Assembly (NCBI GenBank): GCA_030390025.1
Contig: CM059431.1
Location: forward strand, 98,396,001 to 98,460,000
Direction: 5' to 3'
Origin: Squalus acanthias
Taxonomy: Eukaryota
DNA length: 64,000 nt
Each line of letters opens with the position of its first letter. Within the stretch, counting starts at the first letter, position 1. The position numbers and the translations under genes were made by a program. Below the pieces are notes generated by a model. That model was not told where the DNA came from. It made no database searches and worked only from the letters and a program-made list of their open reading frames with translations. Shown here piece after piece: positions 1 to 11,304 of this stretch.

Positions 1-786
1 CCCCACTTCCTTGTTGTCTGTCACCAACATCCCTCTCATGGGTCAGCCCCACTTCAGAGCTAGCAAGTGGCTTGACAGCACCTTGCTGCACTTCAGGGGG
101 GCCATGAGGACCCGTTTCTACACTGGAAGTCCTACTCCAGAGGACTTCCATGAAGGTCTGGTTTCTATGCTCAATAGATGACCATTGCTGCTCAAGAGAT
201 GCCAGTCTATTCTGAACAATGACCATGTTTTCAACACTCTGGTGACTTAGCTTCTCCATGGCCGTAGCCATCCCCTCCTCTACCGTAGCCATCCTTTCCA
301 CGGAGGTTGCCATCCTTTCCGTGGTGCTGCGTTCATGCGCCAACGCCTCCACAAAGGCTCTGCTCATGTTCGCGATGGACTCCTCCATTCGCTCCTCACT
401 CGCAGCGACCCTGGAGACAAAACCTGCAAGAGCCTCCTGCACCTGTTCCTGGAGTTCCAGCACCGCTCTCCTTCTGGATGGACCCGGAGGCACAGGGTCG
501 ACATGCAGCTGAGCCGAGCTGGGAGAGTCCTGCGCCCTCTGACTCGGACTCTCCACTGCTGTCCCTGTCTCTACCATCTGCTGATGCTCACTTGTGAGCT
601 GTGATACACCAGGTGACAACACTACTCTATCTCGCGAAGGTCCCACCGAGGTGTGAGTGTCTGCGCTGGTGCTGGGTGCGCTGAATTCTGCTGACGTTAC
701 GCCCTCAGAGGTTGCAGCTTCCTCTGAGGAGTCTGGAAGCTCAGGCTCTTCCTCCTGGACAGTGGGGACGGGGGCTTTCGATGGTC
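1..786 (-). CDS. Harbinger Myb/SANT-like protein, exon 3 (open to the window edge)
   Basis: Polypyrimidine tract and cccccacag|GA acceptor in phase with exon 2. No stop codon from 786 to 1. Acidic/Ser-rich linker followed by a coiled-coil-like segment (ERMATSVERMATVEEGMATAMEKL). Confidence 0.7.
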
Positions 787-942
787 CTGTGGGGGAGTAA
801 AGGAAAGAGTTAGACATGTGAGGTAAAGGTTGCATGCACATTGAATTGTGCAGATGATCATAAGTCAATCTGTTAGAGCATTAGAATCATTATCAGTCAC
901 TCATGCAATGTCAATGAGAGAGATGCCAAACTATTCTGTCAC

Positions 943-1102
943 CAGCTTGCTGTGATGCGCCCGTCTGTCCGTCCCCCACTTGCGAATCTTCCTCAACACC
1001 GGCGATTTCCAGGGCCGCCTCCTCCGAGGTGGTGAGCTGGGCTACTGAAGGTGGCCCTCCTCCTGTCCTCGCTCTTTCCCTCTTATTGTGGGCTCTCTTT
1101 TC
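943..1102 (-). CDS. Harbinger Myb/SANT-like protein, exon 2
   Basis: ttgcag|GAA acceptor; EKRAHNKRERARTGGGPP carries the TGGG motif that follows the Myb domain in Harbinger ORFs; G|gtgaca donor (phase 1). Confidence 0.75.
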
Positions 1103-1421
1103 CTGCAATGAGGGACACAAGTGGAGTTTAAGTGAGAACGAAGGAGTGAGTGTAGAGAATCCATAGCATAGATGCTTAGAAGGAGACAAAGGGCCCTCCC
1201 TGTGTGTTGTAAGTTGTTGTCATTGCATCACAGTGATAGGGAGTGTGAGGGCTGCATGGTCGAATAGTTAAGTGAATGTGACCATAGAGAGAGAGGGAAT
1301 GGGTAAGGGTGCAGGGATCTAAGTGTCAAGTGGGATGTGGAGGAAGAGGTTGGCAAAGCTGAGTGCTGGTGAGGAGAGGCGATGGGGATCAGATGGAGGG
1401 TGATGGGAAAGTCAAACTCAC

Positions 1422-1661
1422 TTTTCCTGTGCGGAGAAGGTCATGAAACCTCTTCCTGCATTGTAGCCAGATTCTGCGGCACATAGACATTGAGTTGACC
1501 TCCTGGGCCACTTGCAGCCACACAGCTTTAGTCTGCTGGGGAGGCTTTTTCCTCCATGAGGAAGGGAAGAGCACCTCCTTATTTGCTCTTGCTCCCTCCA
1601 CCAGAGCTTGCAGGGCGGCGTCATCGAACCTTGGAGCACACTTTGGCCTACTGCTGGACAT
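1422..1661 (-). CDS. Harbinger/PIF transposon Myb/SANT-like DNA-binding protein, exon 1 (80 codons)
   Basis: MSSSRPKCAPRFDDAALQALVEG...AVWLQVAQEVNS...RIWLQCRKRFHDL has the Myb/SANT-like (NAIF1/MSANTD-type) pattern. It ends at AAA|gtgagt donor (phase 0). Confidence 0.85.
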
Positions 1662-1942
1662 AGTTGCTGAATGAAGCGATCACAACAATGGCCATAAAGT
1701 TTGCAGTCTCCAGAAGAAGCAATGCTGCTTGCAGGCCTTAAATCCTGCAGCACTGATGACGTCATCGGAGGCGACTTTCAGGATGAAAACACTAATTGGG
1801 CCAGGGGTTTCCACACGCTGGAAATCAAGTGCCCAATTAGGGGAAAATCGCACTTTTTTCCCACTTCACATCGGAGTCAGGATCCTGACATGAAAACCAC
1901 CTGACACGCCCCCAACCCGCCCCCAATGGCAAAATCTAGCCC

Positions 1943-2440
1943 TCTATCTCTTTCATCATCCAGGGATCTCTGACTTTAGTTGCCCTGCCTTTCCCCTTAG
2001 TGGGAATGTACCTCGACTGTACCCGAACTATTTCCTCTTTAAAGGCAGCCCATTGTTCCATTACAGTTTTGCCTGCCATTCTTTGATTCCAGTTTACCCA
2101 GGCCAGATCCGTTCTCATCCCACTGAAATTGACCTTCCCCCAGTTAAACATTTTTACTCCAGATTGCTCCCTGTCCTTTCCCATAGCTAATCTAAACCTT
2201 ATGATACTATGATCACTGTTCCCTAAACATTCACCTACTGACACTTGCTCCACTTGACCCACCTCATTCCCCAGAACCAGATCCAACAATGCCTCCTTCC
2301 TCATTGGGCCGGAAACGTACCGATCAAGAAAGTTCTCCTGAACACACCTCAGAAATTCTTCCCCTTCTCTGCCCTTAACACTATTGCTATCCCAGTCTAT
2401 ATTAGGATAGTTGAAGTCCCCCATTATCACTCCTCTATAG
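1943..2440 (-). mobile_element. CR1 LINE ORF2 fragment (endonuclease C-terminus/linker)
   Basis: Translation VIMGDFNYPNIDW...LLDLVLGNE...LGNSDHSIIRF matches APE-type endonuclease motifs of CR1. Confidence 0.9.
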
Positions 2441-2670
2441 TGAACCGATGATGGGGAAGAGTGCAGTAGATGCAGTGTGATTGGACAATTCAAGGTCCCA
2501 CAGTGGCAAGGGATGTAGAATGGTCGAATGTTCCAGCACAGAAACAGGCCATTTGGCCCTTTGAGTCTGTACTGGTCTTTCTTCTCCACATGAGCCACCC
2601 AGTCTAATCCCGCTCACTCCCCAGAACCTTTACTATTCATCCTTTATTCTCCCTAAGTCCCTTTTAAAAT

Positions 2671-2890
2671 AAATGTGAGAAGTCGCACAACACCAGGTTA
2701 TAGTCCAACAGCTTTATTTGAAATCACAAGCTTTCGGAGCGCTGCTCCTTCGTCAGGTGAAGAGATGTCTTCACTTCACCTGACGAAGGAGCAGCGCTCC
2801 GAAAGCTTGTGATTTCAAATAAAACTGTTGGACTATAACCTGGTGTTGTGCGACTTCTCACATTTGTCCACCCCAGTCCAACACCGGCCT
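2671..2890. mobile_element. Penelope-like element terminal repeats in inverted (palindromic) arrangement
   Basis: Arms 2671-2762 and 2774-2865 are reverse complements with one mismatch. The same sequence occurs at 3738-3865 and at 4441-4530 next to a GIY-YIG fragment. Confidence 0.8.
2776..2812 (+). ncRNA. Minimal type I hammerhead ribozyme motif (Penelope-associated)
   Basis: UCAC-CUGACGA-a-GGAGC(agc)GCUCC-GAAA-GCUU-GUGA: intact core, stems I and II pair, palindromic stem III. A mirror copy is on the minus strand at 2724-2760. Confidence 0.65.
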
Positions 2891-3737
2891 TGTAAAATAA
2901 TTGATGGATGCAGATAATTCCACATTCTAACCAGCCTCTGCGTAAAGTCATGTTTCTAACCTCTGCTTTTAATTGTTTTAATTGTCTGAAAGTTGTCTCA
3001 CTGATCAGTGGGAATAATCTACCTCCATTTACCTTCTCAAAATGGTGAAGACCTGCACTGAATCCTTGCCCTTCTCAGCTGGAGCGAGTAACTGTGACTC
3101 CGCTCATCTCGAAGAGCAGCTGATGAGGGAGCTCAGGGAGATTTGTGATTCACAAATTGGGGCCGGAAGGGGGACCGTGGGCTCATCAGTTTGCGTTTGT
3201 TTTCGACCAAACTCGTACTCATTTGTAGGATTCGGCGGTTGTCCATTTCTATGAGGTTTCGGGTGGAGTGGAGTGTATATGTTGTCAGACGCAAGGTATG
3301 GCGATTGTGTGGGCCAGGCTGGATGGACCAGAGGCTCTTTTCCTGTCCGTCATTGCTCGTATGTTTGTAAATATTTCCAGCTGTGCTCAGTATGGGGAGA
3401 GATTCCATGGACCCTTCCGGGTGCACTGGGATCGCACCTTGCAAAATCCAGCTCAGCCAACCCATAATCTTCAATCCATAAAATGTAATAGATGGAAACC
3501 CCGGTCTGGGAGTGGGCTACCTTTGTGATATGGGCCTTACAGGGAGCTGTGTATCGGGACTTCTGCCCCGAAGTGTTTGCAAGTTAACTCGTCGGGATTT
3601 TAGCTTCTTGTTTATTTCCCTTCTCGAGCTCCACATTCGAGTAACGGCAGGTGGTGATTGACAGGAAAGTGTAGCTTTAATGGGATGGATTTGGTGCCAA
3701 TTCAATCAGGAACAGACACGGATATTTACCTGCTAAC

Positions 3738-3865
3738 TTACCTGACGAAGGAGCGAACTGCTTCGAAAGCTTGTAAAATTAAATAAATCTGTTGGACTAT
3801 AACCTGGTGTTGTGCGACTTCTCATTTTTGTCCACCCCAGTCCAACGCCGGCATCTCCACATCAT
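3738..3865 (+). mobile_element. Penelope-like terminal repeat copy with hammerhead motif (3738-3776)
   Basis: UUAC-CUGACGA-a-GGAGC(gaacu)GCUUC-GAAA-GCUU-GUAA followed by the same gttggactataacctggtgttgtgcgacttctca sequence as the 2.7-kb copy. Confidence 0.75.
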
Positions 3866-4110
3866 GACGGATATTTACGTTATTGGTTCACGGCTTCTAA
3901 CGACTCGATTGCCAGGGGATATTTGTTGGAGTTTTCCTGTTTATAAAACAATGTTATTTTTGATCCGAATCGAAGCTTTTTTTTTAGCCCTGTGTTACTC
4001 TCCCATGTGTTTGCCAAACTGAGAACAGTAGAGGTCTTAACGGAAACTCTTGGAACTGAATAAAGATTTGCGGTTTTCAAATATTTGGTTCCATTCCTTT
4101 GTGATTCAGT

Positions 4111-4132
4111 TGAGAGAGAGAGAGAGAGAGAG
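4111..4132. repeat. (GA)n microsatellite
   Basis: Direct run of gagaga. Confidence 0.9.
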
Positions 4133-4440
4133 CGTGAGAAGGAGACACTGAGATACTTCATGTCATAGTTCTCTGGGAGAATCATTTTATAATCCGGTCC
4201 TCAGTAAGCACAGACAATGAGATGGTCAGTGAGAAGGGGGTAGAGTAGGGTTGTGGTTAAACGGGAGGTCAAATCCACCCATGGCAGTTTGAGAATTTGA
4301 ATTCAGTTTTTTTTTAAATCTGGAAATAAAAAGCTGACACAGTCCTCACCGCTCCCGCCATCCCCACTTACCCCAGACAACCGCCTATAGCGGGCAAATG
4401 GCGCTGACTGCTTCTCATCACCACAGGCCTCAATTATAAA

Positions 4441-5002
4441 AGTGAGAAGTGGCACAACACCAGGTTATAGTCCAACAGTTTTATTTGAAATCACAAGCTT
4501 TCGGAGCTGCTGCCCCTTCGTCAGGTGAAGTGAAGGAATACGAATCGGCAAAGCATATATAGACAGAGAACAATGCATGTGTAACGTACAATGTCAGATG
4601 ACTACATTTAATCCTCCTAACTGCCTTTCGTCACACCTCGGCAGAGAAACAATCAGGTCAGCCAGGAAGGCACCACATCAAAGACATAGCAAGATACAAC
4701 TGAGACAATGAGGTGGGGTTATAGGGGGTCTAATGTGTCAAATGCTGCAGTCTGTATGGAAAACCATAAACTTTAAAATTTTTACCTTTTTTTTAAACTG
4801 GAAATCACATCTGTGAACAAGCCAACGACAACTCGAGTCTGGATGACTCTACGTCATGTAGCGTGACATGAACCCAAGATCCCGGTTGAGGCCGTCCTCA
4901 TGAGTGCGGAACTTGGCTATCAGTTTCTGCTCGATGATTTTGCGTTGTCGTGTGTCTCGAAGGCCACCTTGGAGAACGCTTACCCGCAGATCCGAGGCTG
5001 AA
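4441..5002 (-). mobile_element. Penelope-like retroelement 3' fragment (GIY-YIG endonuclease C-terminus, downstream repeat, hammerhead motif at 4491-4528)
   Basis: ASDLRVSVLQGGLRDTRQRKIIEQKLIAKFRTHEDGLNRDLGFMSRY* fits the E...GLN end of PLE GIY-YIG domains, followed on the same strand by the terminal repeat. Confidence 0.8.
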
Positions 5003-5539
5003 TTATAAAGGCGCCACTTAAACCGTATTCGGCTCACTGGCTTTCAGGCATTTCAAGCAGCTATTCGCACCTCGTTAAAGTGCGAATGCTAATCCCCCCC
5101 CCCCCCCACCGCCTTCAGTCACCACCCCGCCCACCCATCCTTACCCGGTCCGGCATATATGTGACTCCAATCCCACACCAACGTGTTCATTAATAGAAAG
5201 AAAACAGAGTTAAACAATAGGCGACTGGACAAGTTTTCTACACAGAGCAAGAAAGTTCCTGGTTTGATCGCAGGTCCGTGCCCACAGGGTCAACACTGCT
5301 GGGTTAGGGATGGTGATGCCTCTGTAGTCAAACAGCCCTCTGAGCCTCACTGTCAAGACTAATGATGGGATGGTGGCCACTTGGGCAAGGTACTGGAGGC
5401 AGTGCCCAAGGACCCCTGCCCCAGCAAGGAGACAACACCTTCCGGATACTGGGGAAGGGCCATGGGCAAGGCAGCAAACCTAACTCTGCCAATGATGTGT
5501 GAGAGTCTCCTAACGGTGTCCGTGTTTTATCTCCCACAG

Positions 5540-5599
5540 GCCTGCCATGGATGTACATCCAGTTCCAAGTGCGACTGCAGTGGTGTGAAAGGAGAAAAG
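5540..5599 (+). CDS. COL4A5: Collagen alpha-5(IV) exon 2 (7S domain) ACHGCTSSSKCDCSGVKGEK
   Basis: cag|...|gtaag, 60 bp; Cys pattern matches the alpha5(IV) N-terminus (human [20 protein letters not shown]). Confidence 0.92.
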
Positions 5600-7076
5600 G
5601 TAAGAGTGACATTTAGCAAAGCAAATGCAGGATGATCTACTGTCCTCTCAGCGGGCAAAACAGACCCTCCACATATCAGGTGCCTTCGACATCGGGCTGG
5701 ATTTTCATCTTCAGGGTCTCCTTTGGCCCGAATCGGTGCTCCCGCCGGGTGGAGCTCCCCACCAGGAGGCCGTGGCTGAAACTCTAGGTCACTGTGTTGC
5801 TGTAGTAGAGATTCACCAATCCCGTGCTCCCAGAGGAGCCACACGCAAAGACAGTGTGGGTCAAGGTATTGGCACTACAAGACATTGGCACTACAAGACA
5901 TTGGCACTACAAGACTGCGGCACTTCTACAACCCACGCTCCGACTGGGCCTGGCTCACACCCCCCGTCTGTCACACCCCCCGTCTGTCACACCCCCCGCC
6001 CAAGCCTGATTGTTCCTTCCGTTGAATATTACACCCCATGAGTCAGAAATACAATTCCCCTCCCCTTTACTGATGGGAGGTTAAGTAAGTGCCCGCATTC
6101 CACTAAACCATCTGTGGGCGAGGGTTAGGTATCGGGCCCCAAAGGTGCTGGGATTCTGATGGGGTTTGAAAAGGGGTAAAACCCTGGCAGTTTGAAATTC
6201 TGTGCCCCCCTCCCACTGCCTGTGTTTTAGAAAACAATTTTCTCCAGGCCCCCAGAATCTCAGGGACCACAAGTTTAATTTCACACCATTGCTGAATTTG
6301 TGTCATGTTACGGACTAACCGGAGTTCAGTGCACGGTAAGCGAGACGCCAAGCTGGACCAGCAGCACTACTGTTGGCCTGCGAGGGCAGCTTTTAACCCT
6401 CCGCTCTGATCAACTTTGAAGATCGAGTTACTGTAAGCTGTTCAACACAAAGTGCAGGAGGTCGACTGGAACACTGAGTAAAGTACAAGGCTAACCTCTC
6501 AATGAAACCTCTGGCACTGAAACACAGGAAGCCCGCGGGAGGTAGCGGGAAGTGGAATGTTGCCCCTTCCAGGTGCTTTATTTGGTGTAAGCACGTGGTC
6601 TGGAGCTGTGAGTGAGAGCATGGAAGCGGAGGATGTGATTCCTCTTCACCTGGAGCCAACAGCCCTGTTTCCACATTCCTGCTCATTTGGCCGACTCCAA
6701 ACATCTGGAAGCGATTATTGTTGCGCAAGCTGATTAGCCACAGTCTCCGCTCATCTGCTCTTGTCGCAGAGTATTTGTAACATTCCCCAGTAAACAAAAC
6801 ACACGGGGCTCAGGGATTGAGTTAAGGTCAGACTGACCAGCAGACGGGCACGCAGCAGCTTACACCAGTAACCTTCCCTCAGTGCTGTCGCCGCTCTGAC
6901 AGTGCCAACTCACGCACACCTCGAACCATTTCATTCCATGGTGATCTTTCCCAGAGTGGAATGTACAGGCACAGAACACTCCGGGTCAGAGAGGGGTTAG
7001 GGCCCATGTTTCACTTTTAAAGTGGAAATTGACTTCATAAAAATGTGCTTGTCAAAAAATTTCTGATTGGTTTATA

Positions 7077-10000
7077 AACACACGGCGCAATAGACAACAC
7101 ACGACGCAATAGACAACGCACGGGGCAATAGACAACGCACGGGGCAATAGACAACGCACGGGGCAATAGACAACGCACGGCGCAATAGACAACGCACGGG
7201 GCAATAGACAACACACGGTGCAATAGACAACGCACGGCGCAATAGACAACACACGGCGCAATAGACAACACACGGCGCAATAGACAACGCACGGGGCAAT
7301 AGACAACACACGGTGCAATAGACAACACACGGCGCAATAGACAACGCACGGCGCAATAGACAACGCACGGGGCAATAGACAACACACGGTGCAATAGACA
7401 ACGCACGGCGCAATAGACAACACACGGTGCAATAGACAACACAAGGCAATAGACAACACACGGCGCAATAGACAACACACGGCGCAATAGACAACACAAG
7501 GCAATAGACAGCACACGGTGCAATAGACAACACGCGGCGCAATAGACAGCACGCGGCGCAATAGACAGCATGCGGCGCAATAGACAGCACGCGGCGCAAT
7601 AGACAGCACGCGGCGCAATAGACACGGTTCAATAGACAACACACGGTGCAATAGACACGGTGCAATAGACAACACACGGCGCAATAGACAACACACGGTA
7701 CAATAGACAACGCACGGTGCAATAGACAACGCACGGCAATAGATAACACACGGCGCAATAGACAACGCACGGCAATAGACAACGCACGGTGCAATAGACA
7801 ACGCACGGTACAATAGACAACGCACGGTGCAATAGACAACGCACGGCAATAGATAACACACGGCGCAATAGACAACGCACGGCAATAGACAACACATGTA
7901 CAATAGACAACACACGGCGCAATAGACAACACACGGCGCAATAGACAACACACGGCGCAATAGACAACACACGGCGCAATAGACACGGTGCAATAGACAA
8001 CACACGGCGCAATAGACACGGTGCAATAGACAACACACGGCGCAATAGACAACACACGGTACAATAGACAACGCACGGTGCAATAGACAACGCACGGCAA
8101 TAGATAACACACGGCGCAATAGACACGGTGCAATAGACAACACATGTACAATAGACAACGCAGGTACAATAGACAACACACGGCGCAATAGACAACACAC
8201 GGCGCAATAGACAACCCACGGCGCAATAGACACGGTGCAATAGACAACACACGGTGCAATAGACAACCCACGGCGCAATAGACACGGTGCAATAGACAAC
8301 ACACGGTGCAATACACACGGCGCAATAGACAACACACAGCACAATAGACAACGCACGGTACAATAGACAACACACGGCGCAATAGACACGGTGCAATAGA
8401 CAACACACGGTACAATAGACAACACACGGTGCAATAGACAACACACGGTACAATAGACAACACACGGTACAATAGACAACACATGGTGCAATAGACAACA
8501 CGGTACAATAGACAACACGGTACAATAGACAACACAAGGCAATAGACAACGCACGGCACAATAGACAACGCACGGCGCAATAGACAACCCACGGCGCAAT
8601 AGACAACCCACGGCGCAATAGACAACCCACGGCGCAATAGACAACCCACGGCGCAATAGACAACCCACGGCGCAATAGACAACCCACGGCGCAATAGACA
8701 ACCCACGGCGCAATAGACAACCCACGGCGCAATAGACAACACACGGTGCAATAGACGGTGCAATAGACAACACACGGTGCAATAGACACGGTGCAATAGA
8801 CAACACACGGTGCAATAGACAACACACGGTGCAATAGACAACACACGGTGCAATAGACAACACACGGTGCAATAGACGGTGCAATAGACAACCCACGGTG
8901 CAATAGACAACACACGGTGCAATAGACAACACACGGTGCAATAGACGGTGCAATAGACAACACACGGTGCAATAGACACGGTGCAATAGACAACACACGG
9001 TGCAATAGACGGTGCAATAGACAACACACGGTGCAATAGACGGTGCAATAGACAACACACGGTGCAATAGACGGTGCAATAGACAACACACGGTGCAATA
9101 GACACGGTGCAATAGACAACACACGGTGCAATAGACGGTGCAATAGACAACACACGGCGCAATAGACAACACACGGTGCAATAGACACGGTGCAATAGAC
9201 AACACACGGTGCAATAGACGGTGCAATAGACAACACACGGTGCAATAGACACGGTGCAATAGACAACACACGGTGCAATAGACGGTGCAATAGACAACAC
9301 ATGGTGCAATAGACAACACACGGTGCAATAGACAACACACGGTGCAATACACACGGTGCAATAGACAACACACGGTGCAATAGACAACACACGGTGCAAT
9401 AGACAACACACGGTGCAATACACACGGTGCAATACACAACACACGGTGCAATACACACGGCGCAATAGACAACACACGGCGCAATAGACACGGCGCAATA
9501 GACAACACACGGCGCAATAGACACGGCGCAATAGACAACACACGGCGCAATAGACACGGCGCAATAGACAACACACGGTGCAATAGACAACACACGGTGC
9601 AATAGACACGGTGCAATAGACAACACACGGTGCAATAGACAACACACGGTGCAATACACACGGTGCAATAGACAACACACGGTGCAATACACACGGTGCA
9701 ATAGACAACACACAGCGCAATAGACAACACACGGCGCAATAGACAACACACGGCGCAATAGACAACACATGGTGCAATAGACAACACACGGCGCAATAGA
9801 CAACACACGGCGCAATAGACAACGCACAGCGCAATAGACAACACACGGCGCAATAGACAACACACGGCGCAATAGACAACACACGGCGCAATAGACAACA
9901 CACGGCGCAATAGACAACACACGGCGCAATAGACAACACACAGCGCAATAGACAACACACGGTACAATAGACAACACACGGTGCAATAGACACGGCGCAA

Positions 10001-10268
10001 TAGACAACACACGGCGCAATAGACAACACACGGCGCAATAGACAACACACGGCGCAATAGACAACACACGGCGCAATAGACAACACACGGCGCAATGCAC
10101 AACACACGGCGCAATAGACAACACACGGCGCAATGGGCAATGGACAACACACAACACACGGCGCAATAGACAACACACAACACACGGCGCAATAGACAAC
10201 ACACGGCGCAATACACAACACACGGCGCAATAGACAACACACGGCGCAATAGACAACACACGGCGCAA
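7077..10268. repeat. Minisatellite, 19-bp unit GCAATAGACAACACACGGC with 12-17-bp deletion variants
   Basis: Periodicity read directly; about 3.2 kb. Confidence 0.97.
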
Positions 10269-10609
10269 TGGCAAAATGCATGATTGTGCCACTTAAGCAT
10301 GATCTGATAAAATGATAGCAGCTTTTTTTTTTCCAAATAGAGAGGATTGTTGACACTTTTTGCAAACGATTTGAAGAGTTTACCTTTAGGGAGTTAGAAA
10401 CACAGCTTGTGATTTGCAATTGTCCCCAACATAGCTTCGAAGCTGTCCGTGTGAGTTGCATTGCGTCCTCCTAAATGTTTTGTTTTCTAATGTAAAGCTG
10501 ATGGAACATCTGAATTCCTTTATGACATTAGTCTTTACCAGTTTAAGGGCAAATTAACCTAAACAGTTAATAACTCATAACTCCTAAAGAAATAACTTGT
10601 AATCATACA

Positions 10610-11000
10610 GCCTCAGGACATCACAGACAACGTTTAAAGTGTAGTCACTGTTGTAATGTAGGAAACACGGCAACTGATTTACGCACAGCATGATCCCACA
10701 AACAGCAATGAGATAAATGTCCAATTAACTATTTAGTGATGTTGGTTGAGGGATAAATATCGGTCAGGGGAGAACTCCCCTGCTCTTCTTCGAAATAGTG
10801 CCCGTGGGATCTTTTACATCAACCTGAGAGGGAAGACGGGGCCTCGGTTTAACGTCTCATCCAAAAAATAGCTCATCTGACAGCACTCCCTCGGTACTTA
10901 ATTGAAGTGTCGCCTAGATTTTGTGCTCAAGTCTCTGGAGTGGGACTTGAACCCACAACCTTCATGACTTAGAGGCAAGAGTGCTATTGAGGTTGACACT
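10610..11000 (-). mobile_element. tRNA-derived Deu-domain SINE (SacSINE1-like), no internal array
   Basis: Contains rc of gagacgttaaaccgaggcccc...gatcccacgggcactatttcgaagaagagcaggggagttctcccc and a B-box-like head; homologous to the 23.8-kb and 62.4-kb copies. Confidence 0.75.
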
Positions 11001-11013
11001 AGCAGCAAACCAG

Positions 11014-11255
11014 TATAGGAACATAGGAACAGGAGGAGGCCATTCAGCCCCTCAAGCCTGTTCCGCCATTCTATTAGATCATGGCTGATCTGTATCGGAA
11101 CTCCATTTACCCGCCTTGGTTTGGTAACCCTTAATACCCTTACATAACAAAAATCTGTCAATCTCAGTTTTGAAATTTTCAATTGACCCCCCAGCCTCAA
11201 CAAATTTTGGGGGAGAGAGTTCCAGATTTCCACTACCCTTTGTGTTAAGAAGTTC
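11014..11255 (-). mobile_element. CR1 LINE 3' end
   Basis: TQRVVEIWNSLP ORF2 end, 3' UTR and short octamer tail (ataggaac)2. Confidence 0.85.
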
Positions 11256-11304
11256 ACTGGCTTTTTAGTGATTTCTGTACACAAACCCCTAAATCTCTCT
11301 GCTC

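Larger units (their letters stand above)
1..1942 (-). mobile_element. Harbinger/PIF DNA transposon, one end (truncated by window start)
   Basis: Carries the spliced Myb/SANT gene and ends in aaaatctagccc (1931-1942; rc GGGCTAGATTTT), a terminus shared with MITEs elsewhere in the window. Abuts a CR1 fragment. Confidence 0.7.

Noticed and set aside
258..604. Plus-strand ORFs at the window start
   Set aside because: Antisense shadows of the Harbinger Myb gene exon 3.
7035..10461. Very long Cys/Val-rich ORFs (up to 1129 aa)
   Set aside because: Translations of a 19-bp tandem repeat open in all three minus frames; no domain structure or gene signals.
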